A stretch of 64,000 nucleotides of DNA from Plasmodiophora brassicae (taxonomy: Eukaryota): contig CP145428.1 in assembly GCA_036867785.1 (NCBI GenBank), forward strand, positions 186,001-250,000, in the 5' to 3' direction. Shown one piece after another: positions 21,044 to 34,280 of the stretch. Position 1 is the first letter of the stretch, and every line of letters starts with the position of its first letter. Under the pieces are notes generated by a model, which was given only the letters and a program-made list of their open reading frames with translations, did no database searches and had not been told where the DNA came from. Position numbers and translations under genes: made by a program.

Positions 21044-24001
21044 TTAGTGGGCGGCAGCCGCCGCTTGCTGCTGCTGCTGCTTGGACGCAGCATCCAGGTA
21101 CAGCTGCACGTCTCGCCGGTCCGCGTCCGACAGGCGCGCCACGACCTGCCCGTTGCCCGCCGCCGCCAGGCGCTCCATGAAGACGGCCCGCAGGTCCAGA
21201 TCCCGAAGAACGTCGTCGTCGTCGTCCTCCTCCTCGTCCTCCTCATCCTCCTCGACGTACTCGTCGTCGGGATCGTCGGAATCCCAATCCTGATCCAGGT
21301 CGACGTCGCGGAACTTCCCGCCCCGAAGCGGTGCCGGCGCTGACCGCCCCGTCTCCCTGCCGTCGTCGTCGTCGTCCTCGTCGTCGTCGTGCATCTCCCG
21401 GGCGATCTGCCGGCACAGCGCCGGGATGCGCGCCACGATCGGCAGGGCCGGGTCAGCGGTCGCCAGCGACGCCAGCGCCGCCAGCGACAGCTCGGCCGTC
21501 GACGACGCGTGCAACGCCGGCATCGTCGTCGCCCAGGCGTGGTAGAAGGCGGGGGCGGTGAGGCGCGCGACCACGTCCGGGCGGCGGATGGCGCTGTAGG
21601 CGATCGGGTGCAGCAGCACCTGCAGGTACAGTTCGGTGGTGAAGTCGTCGGCCGCGTCCGGCAGCGCCCGCAGGAACGACGCCTGGCACGTGCGCAGGAC
21701 GGCGCCAACGACGACCTCGTCGGCCGGCTCCGGCAGCAGTGCCACGAGCGCCTCGAGCAGGTCGGCGGCGTACCGGCCGTCGTGCGCGGCGTCGTCGCCC
21801 TGCATCGCCCGGTGGCACACGTCGACGATGTCGTGCGCAGTCGCCGACAGCGTCGCCGGCGACCTAGCCAGGACGGTGCGCAGGACGGGCACCATGGTCG
21901 GCAGGTAGTCGGCGGCGGCGGTGCCGGGCGCCCGCACCAGCGCCAGCAGGCGCCCCGGCAGCCCCAGCAGGAACGGCGACAGCGGGTCGGGGCAGGCGCG
22001 CGCCAGCGCCCGCACCAGGTCCAGGATGTCGTCCAGCAGCAGGGCGGCGTGCTCCGGGCACGACAGGACGCGGTCGACGACCGGCAGGCACTGCGCCTCG
22101 ACGGCCGCGTAGCACCCGGGCGTCGTTGTCGTCGCGCAGGCGCCCACCAGCGCCATCAGGACGCGGACGGCCCCGCCCGCAATGAACTGACGGTCGTCGA
22201 CGCCGCCGTCGTCGTCGTCGTCGTTGTCGGGGGCGAACGCCGCCCGGGCGAACACGTCGACGAGCTTGGCGGCGAGCGGGACGGCGAACGGGGCGACGGC
22301 GTCGCGCGGCAACCGCCGCAGCAGGTCCTCGAGGACGGACAGGACCGTCTCGCTGGCGACGACGTCGACCAGGTCGACGAACGGACCGATCAGGTCGGGC
22401 AGGGCGACGGGCAGGGCGGCCAGCGCCAACGTCGGGTGCGCCTGCAGCACCTCGATCAGCGCTGTCGACGCCGCCGCCCGCACCGGCACGTGTGCGTCCC
22501 CGCGCAGCAGGTCGACGACGGCCGGCAGCAGGTGCGGGGCGGCGGGTCGCGACGCGTACCGCCCCAGGCACCAGGCGGCGCGCGCCCGTACGATCGGCGA
22601 CGCGTGCGCCAGCGCCGGCAGGACGGCCTGGGCGATGACGGCGTCGACGGTCGCCTCGACGTCGCCCCGGCCGTCGTTGCCGCACAGGACCCGGGAGACG
22701 CACCCGAACAGGTGCAGGCCGGCGTCGATGCGGATCGGGTCGACGTTGTTCGCGCCGACGCACGCCGAGATGGTCGACAGGACGACGGGCAGGGCGTCGC
22801 GCGTCCGCACGCGCACGAGGTCGACGACGAGGTTGGCGGCGTTGATGGCCGGGTCGTCGAACGTCTCGTCGGCGGCCCGCGTGAACTCGGCCCCGTCCGC
22901 CTCGAACAGGGCGACCTGGTCGGCGTCCAGCGCCAGCGTGCGGGCAACGCCCTGCGCGATGACGGCCGCCAGGCGCGGGCGCACGTGCGGCGCGTACAGC
23001 GCCCCGAAGGTGATGGCCGTGCCCAGGAACGCGAACGACGTCTGCAGGATGCGCCGGGAGGCGCAGGCGTGCGGCCGATCCGTCACGATCTGCAGGACGC
23101 TGGCCAGCAGGGGCGGGGCGACCTCCTGCATGTACAGGCGCGCGAACGCGACGTCGGCCGGGTCGGTCGCACCGCGCCCGTACAGGCGCAGGAGCGGGCA
23201 GAGGACGACCAGGGCGCGCTTCTGCGCCGCCAGGACCGCGTCGGACCCGGACACGGCCTGCAGGGTGCGCAGGCAGATCGAGGCGACCGGGCGGAACACG
23301 TCGGCGCCCAGGAAGGCGGGCGGCACCGGCTGTCGGATGCAATGGTGGAAGATCTTGAGCGCCACGCGCAGGCGCTCGGCGAACACGGCCGCCTGCGGGT
23401 CGCTGCGCGCCAGCATGCCCGGCAGGTCGCCCCCGTCGACGTCGGCCAGGCGGATCACGAGCGGCAGGGTGCGCTCCAGGAGCGCGCAGGGCCAGTGCCG
23501 CTCGTGCTGCACGCGCCGGTACACCTGCCGCAGGATGTGCAGGGCGCCCAGGGCGTCTGTCTCGCGCGCCGACTGCAACGCGGGGACCAGCAGGTCGACC
23601 AGGTCGGGCCAGCGGTCGGGGAAGTCGGCCCGGATCATGTAGTTGACCGCGTCAACCAGCTGGGCGCGCAGGGCGCGCTCCAGGCTGGTCGATACGACGG
23701 ACGACAGCAACCGGTGGCGAAGCAGGGCCAGGTGCTCGGCGGGGAGGTCCGCCGGCGCGGGCTCGTCGGAGCGGCGCGCGAACCGGGCGGCAATGAGGCG
23801 CTTGACACGCACGGCCGACGCCAGACGGATGTCGGAGCGCAGGCGCGATTCGACGACAACGTCAAGCAGGGCCACGGGGACCAGCGCCGACTGCGCCGCC
23901 AGGCCGTCCAGATAGCGTTCGGCGGACTGGCGCTCATTCGCGTCGCTAGAGAACGTGTGCGACAAGGCGGCGACGAGCTCGTTGGAATCCAGGCCGGTCA
24001 T
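21044..24001 (-). CDS. Importin-beta family protein (importin-7/8-like)
   Basis: IBN_N-like start (ERQSAERYL...IRLASAVRVK), ADFPDRWPDL, VRARAAWCLGRY HEAT repeats, acidic C-terminal tract. Confidence 0.85.
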   Translation of the reverse strand: MTGLDSNELVAALSHTFSSDANERQSAERYLDGLAAQSALVPVALLDVVVESRLRSDIRLASAVRVKRLIAARFARRSDEPAPADLPAEHLALLRHRLLSSVVSTSLERALRAQLVDAVNYMIRADFPDRWPDLVDLLVPALQSARETDALGALHILRQVYRRVQHERHWPCALLERTLPLVIRLADVDGGDLPGMLARSDPQAAVFAERLRVALKIFHHCIRQPVPPAFLGADVFRPVASICLRTLQAVSGSDAVLAAQKRALVVLCPLLRLYGRGATDPADVAFARLYMQEVAPPLLASVLQIVTDRPHACASRRILQTSFAFLGTAITFGALYAPHVRPRLAAVIAQGVARTLALDADQVALFEADGAEFTRAADETFDDPAINAANLVVDLVRVRTRDALPVVLSTISACVGANNVDPIRIDAGLHLFGCVSRVLCGNDGRGDVEATVDAVIAQAVLPALAHASPIVRARAAWCLGRYASRPAAPHLLPAVVDLLRGDAHVPVRAAASTALIEVLQAHPTLALAALPVALPDLIGPFVDLVDVVASETVLSVLEDLLRRLPRDAVAPFAVPLAAKLVDVFARAAFAPDNDDDDDGGVDDRQFIAGGAVRVLMALVGACATTTTPGCYAAVEAQCLPVVDRVLSCPEHAALLLDDILDLVRALARACPDPLSPFLLGLPGRLLALVRAPGTAAADYLPTMVPVLRTVLARSPATLSATAHDIVDVCHRAMQGDDAAHDGRYAADLLEALVALLPEPADEVVVGAVLRTCQASFLRALPDAADDFTTELYLQVLLHPIAYSAIRRPDVVARLTAPAFYHAWATTMPALHASSTAELSLAALASLATADPALPIVARIPALCRQIAREMHDDDEDDDDDGRETGRSAPAPLRGGKFRDVDLDQDWDSDDPDDEYVEEDEEDEEEDDDDDVLRDLDLRAVFMERLAAAGNGQVVARLSDADRRDVQLYLDAASKQQQQQAAAAAH

Positions 24002-24396
24002 GATGGCTCTGCGAACTGGCGGCGGCGCCCGGCAGGCAGGCGACGGTGCGGGTGCGTGTGAGCCCCTGGCAGTGTCTGGCGGGGCCCGACCGGCAAACGC
24101 CGTCACGGACACCGCAGCCTCGCCCGCACGTGCCACTGTCGCGCAGTCCTCCACGCACGAATACTATTTATAGACGCAATTCATGCAGCGCACAGTCGCA
24201 GCACACCCTATGTACGAAGATCACGGAGACGTAGGCTTGTGCGCATGGGAGACGACAGGACGTCAGCCAGCAGCAGCGCCAGCACACGGTAATCTTGTGT
24301 TGTCGACGTGTTTGACGTATCAAATGGTCGTGGTCCTACTTCGTAGGGCGTCGCGCCGACCATGCATGAAACGAAAACCGTGTATGAGATATCCCG

Positions 24397-25923
24397 TCAG
24401 TGTGTGAATGCGTTCCCGCTGCCGGGCAATTCCCCCTGGTGCCAACACCAATGACATAGGACTCCGATCGCAATCATCAGGATGACAGAGATCAGGAGCA
24501 CCATCAGGATCACAGGGATGCGGTACTGCGGCGCGACATAGATGTCGGATGCCGGTGCCCATGACGACCGGCGGCGCCCACCATTGTTATAAGGGGCAGG
24601 TGCTGGTGATGGGCTGCGTGTGTTGACGATGGACGCCAACCCAGCACCAAGAGCGGCCGCCCCTGCAGCGACCGACACTGTCGATACCCTGCGAACTACT
24701 ACTGGCTCAGCGACAACGTTGCTCCCTAGCGTCGTTTTGGTGGCATGCCACGCGCGTGGACGATCAACCACTGCTTTGCCCGCCAGTAGCGCCCCAGCTA
24801 TCAGGCCGACGTCCCTCTAGCCCATCATTAGAAAGCGCAGTCGAGGATAACGTGATGACGGCTCCTATATACCTGGTTCTTCAAACGCTTCCTCCTGAGT
24901 AGTGCCGCATCGAGATTGTTGTACAGCTGCCTCGTCGTACACCTACAGCTCTCCAACAGGTTGTCGGCTGCGTTCAACTGGGTCTCTGACTCCTCATTGA
25001 CAATGGTAAGCATTTTCTCCTCAACCGCGTTCGCTTCGACTTGTGCGGTAAGGTTCCCAATCTGTTTCAGGTCTTGCTCACGCTGCTTCTCCAATACTTC
25101 CCGCGTGCGATCCAGCTCTGCATTCGACGCATTCACATAAGGAACCTCACGATCACGCCTGCCATGATCTTCTTGTCCCCGCCCCGTTTCGCGCGCTATC
25201 TTGTCTTCGAGCTGAGAGCCATGGGTCAACCGTACTGCAGTGCGTACAGGAAATGCATTGGGCCCACGTACGTCTCTGTACTGCTTCATGAAGCCAAACG
25301 GGATGATGTTGTTCCTCGGGTGGAGACGGTGTTCCGCCCACGTGAAGCTGGCATCCGTCCCCTATGAGTGCCCATATTGTCAGCACCACGAGATCACAGA
25401 CAACGTTGGCCGAGTGCATCACGGACCTGTACCGAGATGGTGACGCTGGGCGCCAGGCAATTACCCGTCCCCGACGCCCCTTGCCGAAGGTGAATCTCCT
25501 GGAACCAAACCGGATCTGCGTCCTCAAAGTCGAACCTACACGTACGCAGCGTGCGCGCGCACATCACTAACGGCAACGTCTGACAACGGAGATCGGGGAA
25601 TCCACGTACCTGAGCCAGAGCACGCCGTTCTGGTCCGGTCTGCCGCCCCAGAACGCATCATTGTCGTCTCCGATGAGCGCGCCTGGGTCAGCAGGCAGGT
25701 GCGACTTTGCGTTCGAAGAAGCGTGCACCGACTTCCATTGGACGAGGTCGCGCGTCCCTGAAGTCGATAGTTGGAAGAACGCGACGCGGTACACATCCCA
25801 GCACTGTGCCGCCGTGGCGTCCCTATCCGCCCGTCCGTCATACGTTATCCAATACGTCGTAGTGCCCGCGTTCGCCCAATGGCACAACAGTGCGACAACA
25901 ACGAGGGACGCCAGCAGCCGCAT
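24397..25923 (-). CDS. Putative multi-exon type I membrane protein (signal peptide, coiled coil, C-terminal TM)
   Basis: Signal peptide MRLLASLVVVALLCHWANAG; coiled-coil exon ~24850-25200; TM IPVILMVLLISVILMIAIGVLC. Joining these into one gene is inferred. Confidence 0.5.
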
Positions 25924-26925
25924 CCTGCCCGCCGCTGATGCTTCCCAGCCGCAGCCGTGGCCCCCTTTTTAGCGGCAGGACTCGCTAAATTCGGCAGCGT
26001 TGCCTGCGGCAACAACGGCAGACGTGTCCACATGCCTGATGGCCTGTGGCCGTTGCTCTGCGCTGCGCCATGCACCGGTAGTCGATCGTAAATAACGCGG
26101 TTGCTACCGTCGATAAATCGCTACGAGGTCACGACGGCGCTGCGCGAACTCGTCGTACACGAGGGTATCGACTGTGGGCGCATCAGGCGATGGGTCCACC
26201 GGCTGCGACGCAGCGCGCGGTTTCCCCATTGAAACATGGCAGAACGTGTTCTCGGAGCGACCATGGACCACCGCAGATCACTCGTCAGCCTCTGCCGAGT
26301 CGCCGCACCACGACAAACAAGTCGACACGCTGGCGAGCGTCGACGCGGAGAACATTGTCAACAAGATCAAATGGGGCATTGATGACCAGGAAGTGGTGGA
26401 CCGGTACTGCCCAGGATACCCTCAGGAGACGGTCCAGCAGGAAGGACCCCATCGGGGTTTCTCCTGTCGTACCAATAGACAAATAAACCGTATTGAGAGG
26501 AATTTATTCCACGATGGACCGCCATCGAACGGCCGGATTACCGGTAGTTCTGCTGAGCTTGGTGTCACTGAGTCATCTGCCCGTACTGACCAGCCTGCTG
26601 GCCAGTACGGGGCCCTGCGGATTCTGGAAACTCAGTGATGCGGGATCATTTGCTGCTGGTACCGAGGTGCCTGCTGCTGCTGGTAGTGTTGCTGTTGACC
26701 CTGGCCTGCTCGATGGTATCCACGGCAGGGGACGGACGATTCCACAAGTGCCGAGGTCCTCCCGTCATCAGTCTGCCAAACGTCCGCGTCCACCCTCTGG
26801 CACAGCGTATCCGCATTGAGCAGGACTAGATCGCTATAATATCACCAACAACAACAACGACGCACGTTTATCGAGATACAACGGCACATGCTGGCGAATC
26901 TGCCTCTTCGGGATGACGGCCCTGA

Positions 26926-28412
26926 TTAGGACATTGCGTGCGACTGGAGGACCTTGAACCGTTTGAGTTCCGCCTGGTACTTGGGTGGGACACCGGCCTT
27001 CTGGAGTTCCGCCAGCTTCGCCTGCCGGATGCTCTCGAGCTTCTTGCGTTCCGCGCCGTCCTCGCGACGCGTCTGCTCGCCCATGTCGATGACCTTGGCG
27101 CGGTCCATGCGTCGTGCCTCGAGGTCCGCGATCTGCTCATGTAGAACGCGGGCGTACTCGGCGCGTTTCTTCTTCTCGGCCGCCTCCTTGTCCTTGTCCG
27201 ACCGCTCCTGCTCCTTGAACATGGAGATCATGGCCTGGAACTGCTCCCGTTCCATATGCGCCTGCTCGATCATCTTCCTCTCCTTCTCCATCCGCTGGAG
27301 GTCGCGTGCAGCGGCGAGCTCCGCCTGAATCTTGGCCTGGGCTCGTGCATTCGCCGCCTGTTGGTTCCGCCACTTACGGTCCGTCTCCTCCTGGGCACGA
27401 CGCGCGCGCAGGGCATCGATCTCCGCCTGGTGATCGTTGGCCTTCATCTGCGCCTCCCGAATCTTGTTGCGCTCGCGCTCCTTGGCCTCCTCGATCCGCC
27501 TCTGCTGCTCGTCCCGCTCCATGTCCCGGCGCTCCTTCTCCTTAATGTACGCCGCGATACGACGATCCTCCTCCTGGTCCGCCTGTTTCTGGCGTTGCTT
27601 CTGTCGCATCTGCTCCTGGTTCGCAGCGACAATGGTGGCCAGGAGCGCGACGCCGTCCTTGGCCTTGCGGATCTTATCCTGCTCGGCCTGCTTCTCACGT
27701 TCCAGAGCCTGCTGCAGCAGCTGGGCCCCCTGCTGCGCTTTCAGGGCCCGCTCGCGTTCCCGAATGCGCTCCCGTTCCGCCATCTGCTCGACGATGGTCC
27801 GAGCGCCCTTCTTGCGCTCCTGTACCGTCTTCCGGTCCGTCTCCCGCTGGCGCTGGATCGCCTTTTGCCTCTCGTACTCCATCATCATGTCCAGCAACTT
27901 CTCCTGCTCGGCGCGTTCGGCCTCCATCTGCTTGGTCTGCTGCACCTAGAGCCAGGGAACCATCAGGGGCGCTTCGCGACGACCGTACAGGAGCCCCACA
28001 GTACCTGCTTGTCGCGGATCGTGACGCATTTCGCATAGAGCACCATCTGGTTCATGCGTTTGACGTCGTCGTGCTGTTCGTCGGCGGCCGCCCGTCCTTT
28101 GCGGAGCAGGGCCTCGCGTGCCTCCATGTCCTCCAGGTCGATGGAGGACGTCGTGGCCGTTTGTGCCTTGCGGGCGGCTTCGAGCTCCAGCATGCGCTGT
28201 TTGCGCTCGCGAGCCTTCGTCTGTCGGGACAGGCGCGCGTCATCCGCGCCCTGTTTGAGACGGAGCTTGTCCTCGACGGAGAGGATCACGGACGACGATT
28301 TGATGCGGTCGAGGTCATCGGACGACAGGACGACCGTGTTGCTGTCGGCGAAGACGACCTTCGGGTCCGACCGGATCTTCTCGAGCACCGACGCGGGAAC
28401 AATGGCCGCCAT
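26926..28412 (-). CDS. CFAP45: Cilia- and flagella-associated protein 45 (TPH domain)
   Basis: EQHDDVKRMNQMVLYAKCVTIRDKQ and KLAELQKAGVPPKYQAEL; intron 27946-28005. Confidence 0.9.
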
Positions 28413-28893
28413 GTGTCGATCGACGTCGACGCGCTGCCGATCTCGGCACACTAGATCGAACAAGAATCGCACAGGAGTACCCTGACGATCGTTATGAATA
28501 TTTGCGATCGGAAGCCCATACGTGAGCTCTTACAATCCGCTACAGGTCCGCATGTGGCCGTCTGCGTTCGGGACGCGGCCATTTCAACAGCAACCACAAG
28601 ACGGTACAGATCAGAATGTTGGAAGTTCGCAGTTGGTACTGACAGATAGGTTAATCTATCATGGCTGTCATCAGCACTTGCGGTAAGCATTTGTAGATCC
28701 TCCCGAGTTGTGGACCAGCTGTTTGTTACTTGTTCGTTTATGGTACTGAACCTAAGTTTTATGAAATTCATCGCGCGTCACCTTTTGAGCCATCAGTACT
28801 TCCCCGTCCTTCTTCTTGCGATATTGGAACCTCTCGTCAACAGCCGATTTGAGGAAACGTTTGTGTCTCAGATAGGGACACTACAAGTACGGT

Positions 28894-29963
28894 TTAGCGT
28901 TTGAGCACAGTGGGACGCGGGCAGTTGAATGAAATGTTGACAGACATGGTGGAGGGCTGTGCCTTGGGTTTGGAGGATGCCGATGTATGGGGCGTTCGCG
29001 CAGTGTAATGCACCTTGAATGCTCGGGGTATCCACCTATAAGACACTGCCAGTCAGCTACCAGTCCACGAAGGTTTTCGCGTACGTAGATGTTATACGCA
29101 GTTGAGCATGTACAGATCACTGTGATGTTGATCGTCACGTCGACGATGGCAATCAAATTCTCAACGGCCATGTTAAATGGATCGAAAGCGTCGACCACGA
29201 TGTCATTGATGAGAAGGTATACCATGGTACTGGTCGTACCCCCAAGTGCAATCGACGAATAGAACAAGTTTCGGCGCGCGACCTGTTCCAAATTGTCATT
29301 GCGTGCCTGACCGCCGCCTGATTTTCTATCAGTCGTTGCCAGGCGCGCCTGGTGCTCACGTAGCGACGCTGTGAACTTGTAGATCAGTAGTACAGAAAAG
29401 GTGGCTGTGGCAAGGACGAACAGGACCGCCACATACACAGGGTAGTGCGACACACAGACGCCAAACGTTTCGTCCACGTGACCCCTTGAAACGGCGGCAG
29501 TGAAAGCCGCGAATGGTAATACGCCGACTATCCCGACCTGGATCACTTTCATTAACGTCGTCGAGCGGGCTTGTTCGTCGACCAGCATCGCACGACTATA
29601 CAGGAATTGCAGAACTGACCCAACTGTAGAGCAATCTAGAACGTGACAACCTGTCAGGTTTACCCGGGTCAGTTGCTCCGCAGAAATTGACGACGTATTA
29701 CAGAGGATGCTTGAGATTTTGCCGGCGACAATGTTGCAAACGAGCGCTTGTGATGGCGACCACGGGTAAAGCCACTGAACCGCCACGCAAATCCCAGCGA
29801 GCGTCGCACAGGACGAGGCACAACAAATGGACCCCAGCATGACGGTGAATTTCTTCTCCTGAATCATCGTCATTGCAGTACATATGGCGACCAAGGCAGT
29901 GCCGAACGACACGCTACTGGCGGCAATGCCCGCGGCCTGGACCATCGCCTCCACGTCCGACAT
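28894..29963 (-). CDS. 7TM GPCR-like protein, paralog 1
   Basis: Multiple TM segments, extracellular Cys pair, two introns; closely similar to 30346-31373 (LIYKFT.SLREHQAR, LEQ.ARRNLFYS, WIPRA). Confidence 0.75.
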
Positions 29964-30345
29964 TTCATCCGAGTAACTAAATGTGTTACCGATCCGGTGA
30001 TCGAAGCCGGTACTCTTGCGCAAGGATAAAAAAGCCTAGGTAGTATATCAGTCGATCCTGTGGTGTCTGGTTGATAAACAGGCTGGGCGGCGCCCGACGC
30101 AACGGTGTACTGCGCCGGGTCGGCTGGCTATGCTCGCCACGATCATAGTGACGGTGCGCACTGCGCCGCTCAGTCAAACTGGTGGCGAGGCTGTCTCTAC
30201 AGTAACCTTTTGCGTGAATTTAATTAAGGCACTTCTATTACAACAGCTAAGCATTCGTATTACATATATAGAAACAACCAATTTACAATACTGTATGGAA
30301 TCATGAGGACGACAGGTACGTACAGCACCGGCGACAACAGATTCA

Positions 30346-31373
30346 TTATAGCACGGTTGAAGGATGCTGCTTCGATTTCTTGGTGTCGCCGGCTGTCGTC
30401 GCCTTCGCAGTGGACGACGCCTTAAGGGCTCGTGGTATCCATCTAGGAACAATGGAAATGAATTCGCGTTTCATTACCACGGGTACGTTTCACGGTGGAG
30501 AGTTACGTACACATTAGAGCACGTGCAAACCACGGTGATGTTGATGGCCACATCGATGAGGCCCAGGAAGTTTTCGATAGCCTGATGGAATGGGTCGAAC
30601 GCTGCGAACATGATGTCGTTGAGGAGGAGGTAGATCATGGTGCTTGTCGTCGCCCCAAGTGCGATTACCGAGTAGAACAAGTTCCGGCGAGCGATCTGTT
30701 CTAGTGAGTCGCTGCGCGCCTGGTGGCCGGCGCTTGACTTGCCGCTAGTCGACGATGCGATACGGGCCTGGTGCTCGCGCAGAGACGATGTGAATTTGTA
30801 GATCAGTAGAGCTGAGAACGCGAACGCGGCCATGACGAACATAGCCGCCAGATACAAGGGGAAGTTCGAGACGCAAAACGTATTGTCAACTTGTCCAGTC
30901 GATACAGCCGCTGAAAATGCACCGAAAGGTACAACGGAGATTATCCCGACCTGGATCATCCTCATCAGCAGCGTTGATCGGGCTTTGTCGTCAACCAGCA
31001 AAGCACGACAATGCAGGAATTGCAGGACGGATCCGATCGTGCAGCAATCTATGTATCACGATCGGAATGTCAGAATAACGGTAGTCGGAAACGTGAAGTA
31101 CAGCCAATTACAGAAAAAGCTGACGATTCTGCCGGCGACGATATCGCACGGTACCGATTGGGACGGTGACCATCTGTAAAGCCACTGGAGGGTGACGCCA
31201 ACCGCGCCGACCAAGGCGCAAAATGCTGCGCTGAGGATAGATCCCACCATGATTGTTGTTTTACCTTCTTGGAACATGGTGGCTGCAGTGCATATTACAA
31301 TCAGGAACGAGGCCAGCGCCACAACAATGGCGAGAGTGCCGGTCGCAAGTGACATCCACTCCACGGACGACAT
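30346..31373 (-). CDS. 7TM GPCR-like protein, paralog 2
   Basis: Tandem duplicate with equivalent intron positions. Confidence 0.75.
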
Positions 31374-32025
31374 TGTTCCACCCCGACTCACAAGGTATGG
31401 AGGTATGATTAATGCCCTCACCGGATATGTGACGAGCGAGGTACGTAGAGTACCTCGGAAAATCCGGAATCGCAACTGTACCCTCTGGAATAATTGGATC
31501 GTAAACTCGGAACGGCTAGATAGTATCGACATTGGATTTGGAGACTAACAGCTCCTTGGTTGACGGAAGGGAACAGTATATGAACGCTCATAGTACCCTC
31601 CTCTTGGGTCGTATGGGCAGGTGCAAACATAAAGTTGATTGCCTGTCACATCGAAAAGGGTAAGAGAGTGATCACTGCCAGCTTATAGAGTGGAGCGAGT
31701 GCTTCGAACTGGGTGCCGCGGATGAGGTGCCCAAGTGTATAACTGGTCATAGCCCCGGGTGCAATGTTCGAGGAGGATAACTTCAGCGCGTGTGGACGTG
31801 ACGTCCCAGTAAGCGCTGCGCTCGTTTTAGCCCTGCCCGCAGTTCCGAGATCCACGCAATGCGAAAGCGCAGTCCTCGCCCCTCGGGCCCCTTGGCCTCT
31901 TCCATTGTTGTGGATTGGCGTCTAGCTATTTCTGGGTACGGTTACCTAGGCGTGGGAGACGTTTGACATCCCGCACAGTGTAATCCAGAGCGCGCGCTCG
32001 CTGAAGCTGAGTCAGGACGACCATC

Positions 32026-32968
32026 ATGCTATCGATGATGTTGATCGTTGTCCATTTGTCATGGCAATCGACGACAGGCGAGCGAACGACGTACACGATC
32101 GCTAAGGTCGAAAACGCCGACAACGACGTCGTCGTCAGCCAGTGCTGGGAGCTGCCCACGGTGGCGTTCTACAGGACACTACGCAACGGGAGCCGCCACA
32201 AATTGCAATTTGATGACATTCTGCTTCCGGGAAGCGACACCACAACCTCCCGCGAGCTCCCTCTGGGTGACGACAATGTACATGGGATTTCGCATGCTAG
32301 GTTGCTCATCTACGACGGGAACTCCCACGTCAGGTAATACGCCGTCTGTCGAAACACATTGAATGAAGGTGTAAACGGAAACGCTGCTGGTTAGTTTCGA
32401 TTTCGACGCTGCAAGTCACGTCTGGTTCGACGAAATGCACATCCTGCAAGGGCCAGAGGGCTCGTCCTGCCGAGCGTCGGTTATCAGTGTCGCAGTGGTC
32501 GGGTCGCCTCCTGTGGACCATGTATATGCCGTCATGCTTAAACATGACTGCCAGGATATCGTTGACGGTTCCACTCTACTGGACTGGGAGAAATATCCAG
32601 TCTATGCCGACAACAACGTCATACCACTTGGCCTGATGAGACAACACCAACAGGTATATTGCCATGCACCAGGCCCATAGATGGGACGTCTTTGACGCTA
32701 ATCCATTCTACAGCTTGAACACAAGAAAATCAGCGTATGCCAAGAACGAAATAGAATCAAAGTACAATTGGCAATCCTGGCCGGGCAGATCGGTGCGCAT
32801 GCCCAAGTATGCCGCAATGCAACGCGCCAATGCGCCCAGCTGAACCATACGGTGTCCTTGCTGAAGAAGGATATCGACCGAGCAAATGCACAGGTGCATC
32901 TGTTTCAGAAACAGGTCTGTGCTCGTGGTCAATTATTCATGTGGGTATATGCTCTCAATAACGTGTAA
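32026..32968 (+). CDS. Hypothetical multi-exon protein (hydrophobic N-terminus, C-terminal coiled coil)
   Basis: Three consecutive ORF pieces separated by GT-AG introns. Confidence 0.4.
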
Positions 32969-33664
32969 CGATATAGCGGAACATTCTGCTGGGACTTGGA
33001 GCATTAGCAGTCGTCGGGCACCGACGTATCAGGAGCATCTCCGGAGGTTCATTGCTCCCACGAACCCAGGCAGGTCCGAGGCTATCTCCATTGAGTATCG
33101 CCACAGGAGCGATCGCTGTTGGCGTTAGTCTGGCTGCCTTCGCGAAAACACAACCCTCATCGCAGGGAGCGGGGGCCCGGGACAACATTCGACATGGGCC
33201 ACCGATTACGTCACCGGTTGCCATCGACATTGAGTCCCGGCATCGTTTCCGGATACGCATCCTCGTGGTCTCATTCGTCGTTGCCCTACTGATCGCGACC
33301 TGCCTCATTATCAGGAACCGACGACGTCGCTGTCGCCAACCAGTTCGACGTCCTGACAATTAGCGGTATACGTTTCCCTGAATGCCGGCCGGTTGAGCAT
33401 CCCTTTATAAATCGACGGGAACCGATATCGTTAGTGCTCGGCTCAACACCATGAACGACGTCGTCCACCGTCTGCAGGTCGATGCACATACGGAACGGGC
33501 ATGCAGCGCGTTCGCCGACCGATTACGGTGCATGCTCAAGGACTGTCTGTATTGACAGTGGCTGTACCGCGCGTTGTTGATCATGACATGCTCTACGACC
33601 CGGGCTCCGGCTTCTGCTCCCCGGGGCAATATAGCAGAAGGTGCAACCGATCGATCGGCCTGTG

Positions 33665-34036
33665 TCACGCGTCGGCGTCGTTTACGTCATCGGGTTGCAC
33701 GTCTTGCTTCGCCTCAGTGCGGTCGGATTGCGCCCAGTACGCGTCCATATCGTCGTCCAGTGTGTCCTTCGTCGCCGGTTGCGTTTGCCCACCACGGCCG
33801 CCTCGCCCACGGAAACTGCCACGCCCGCGACCCCTTCCACGGCCCCGTCCGCGCCCGCGCCCTCCACGGTACGGGAACGGCGCCGGCCGACCCCGATACG
33901 ACGTCGCCGTCGCCGGCGCCGGCGCCGCCCCAAACTTCTCCCTGCGCTTATCAATCGCCTTGCTGGACGTAACAGCCGGCGCGCTCGTCACCGACGCCGG
34001 CCGCGGGTCGGCGTCGAACACGACGCCCCGCACCAT
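33665..34036 (-). CDS. RG-rich FoP/CHTOP C-terminal domain protein
   Basis: RGRGRG tract followed by TLDDDMDAYW. Confidence 0.75.
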   Translation of the reverse strand: MVRGVVFDADPRPASVTSAPAVTSSKAIDKRREKFGAAPAPATATSYRGRPAPFPYRGGRGRGRGRGRGRGRGSFRGRGGRGGQTQPATKDTLDDDMDAYWAQSDRTEAKQDVQPDDVNDADA

Positions 34037-34280
34037 GATCGATGGGCAGCGGCGGGCGGGCGGGCGGGCGGGCGGCGACGGCGCGAAATGTGCGGTCCGT
34101 GGCTACAGCACCGCGCCGCCGGGCGCCCACCCGCCTGCCGCGCCCGCGCACTGCGGCGTGCCCGTGGCCGCTCCCCCCACAGGGCCCAGGCCGCCCCTGT
34201 AACATTCCCCGCCGGCCGCCCCGTCGGCCACGTGGCACACCGCCAGACTCGTATCGGCAGCAGCCCAGTCCCGGCAGTCG

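Noticed and set aside
21389-24061. 890-aa plus-strand ORF and other long ORFs overlapping GC-rich genes
   Set aside because: Antisense or alternate-frame shadows of the importin gene, expected at high GC3; no recognisable motifs.
26174-26829. Possible plus-strand gene with hydrophobic C-terminal segment
   Set aside because: I could not build a consistent exon model or recognise a domain.
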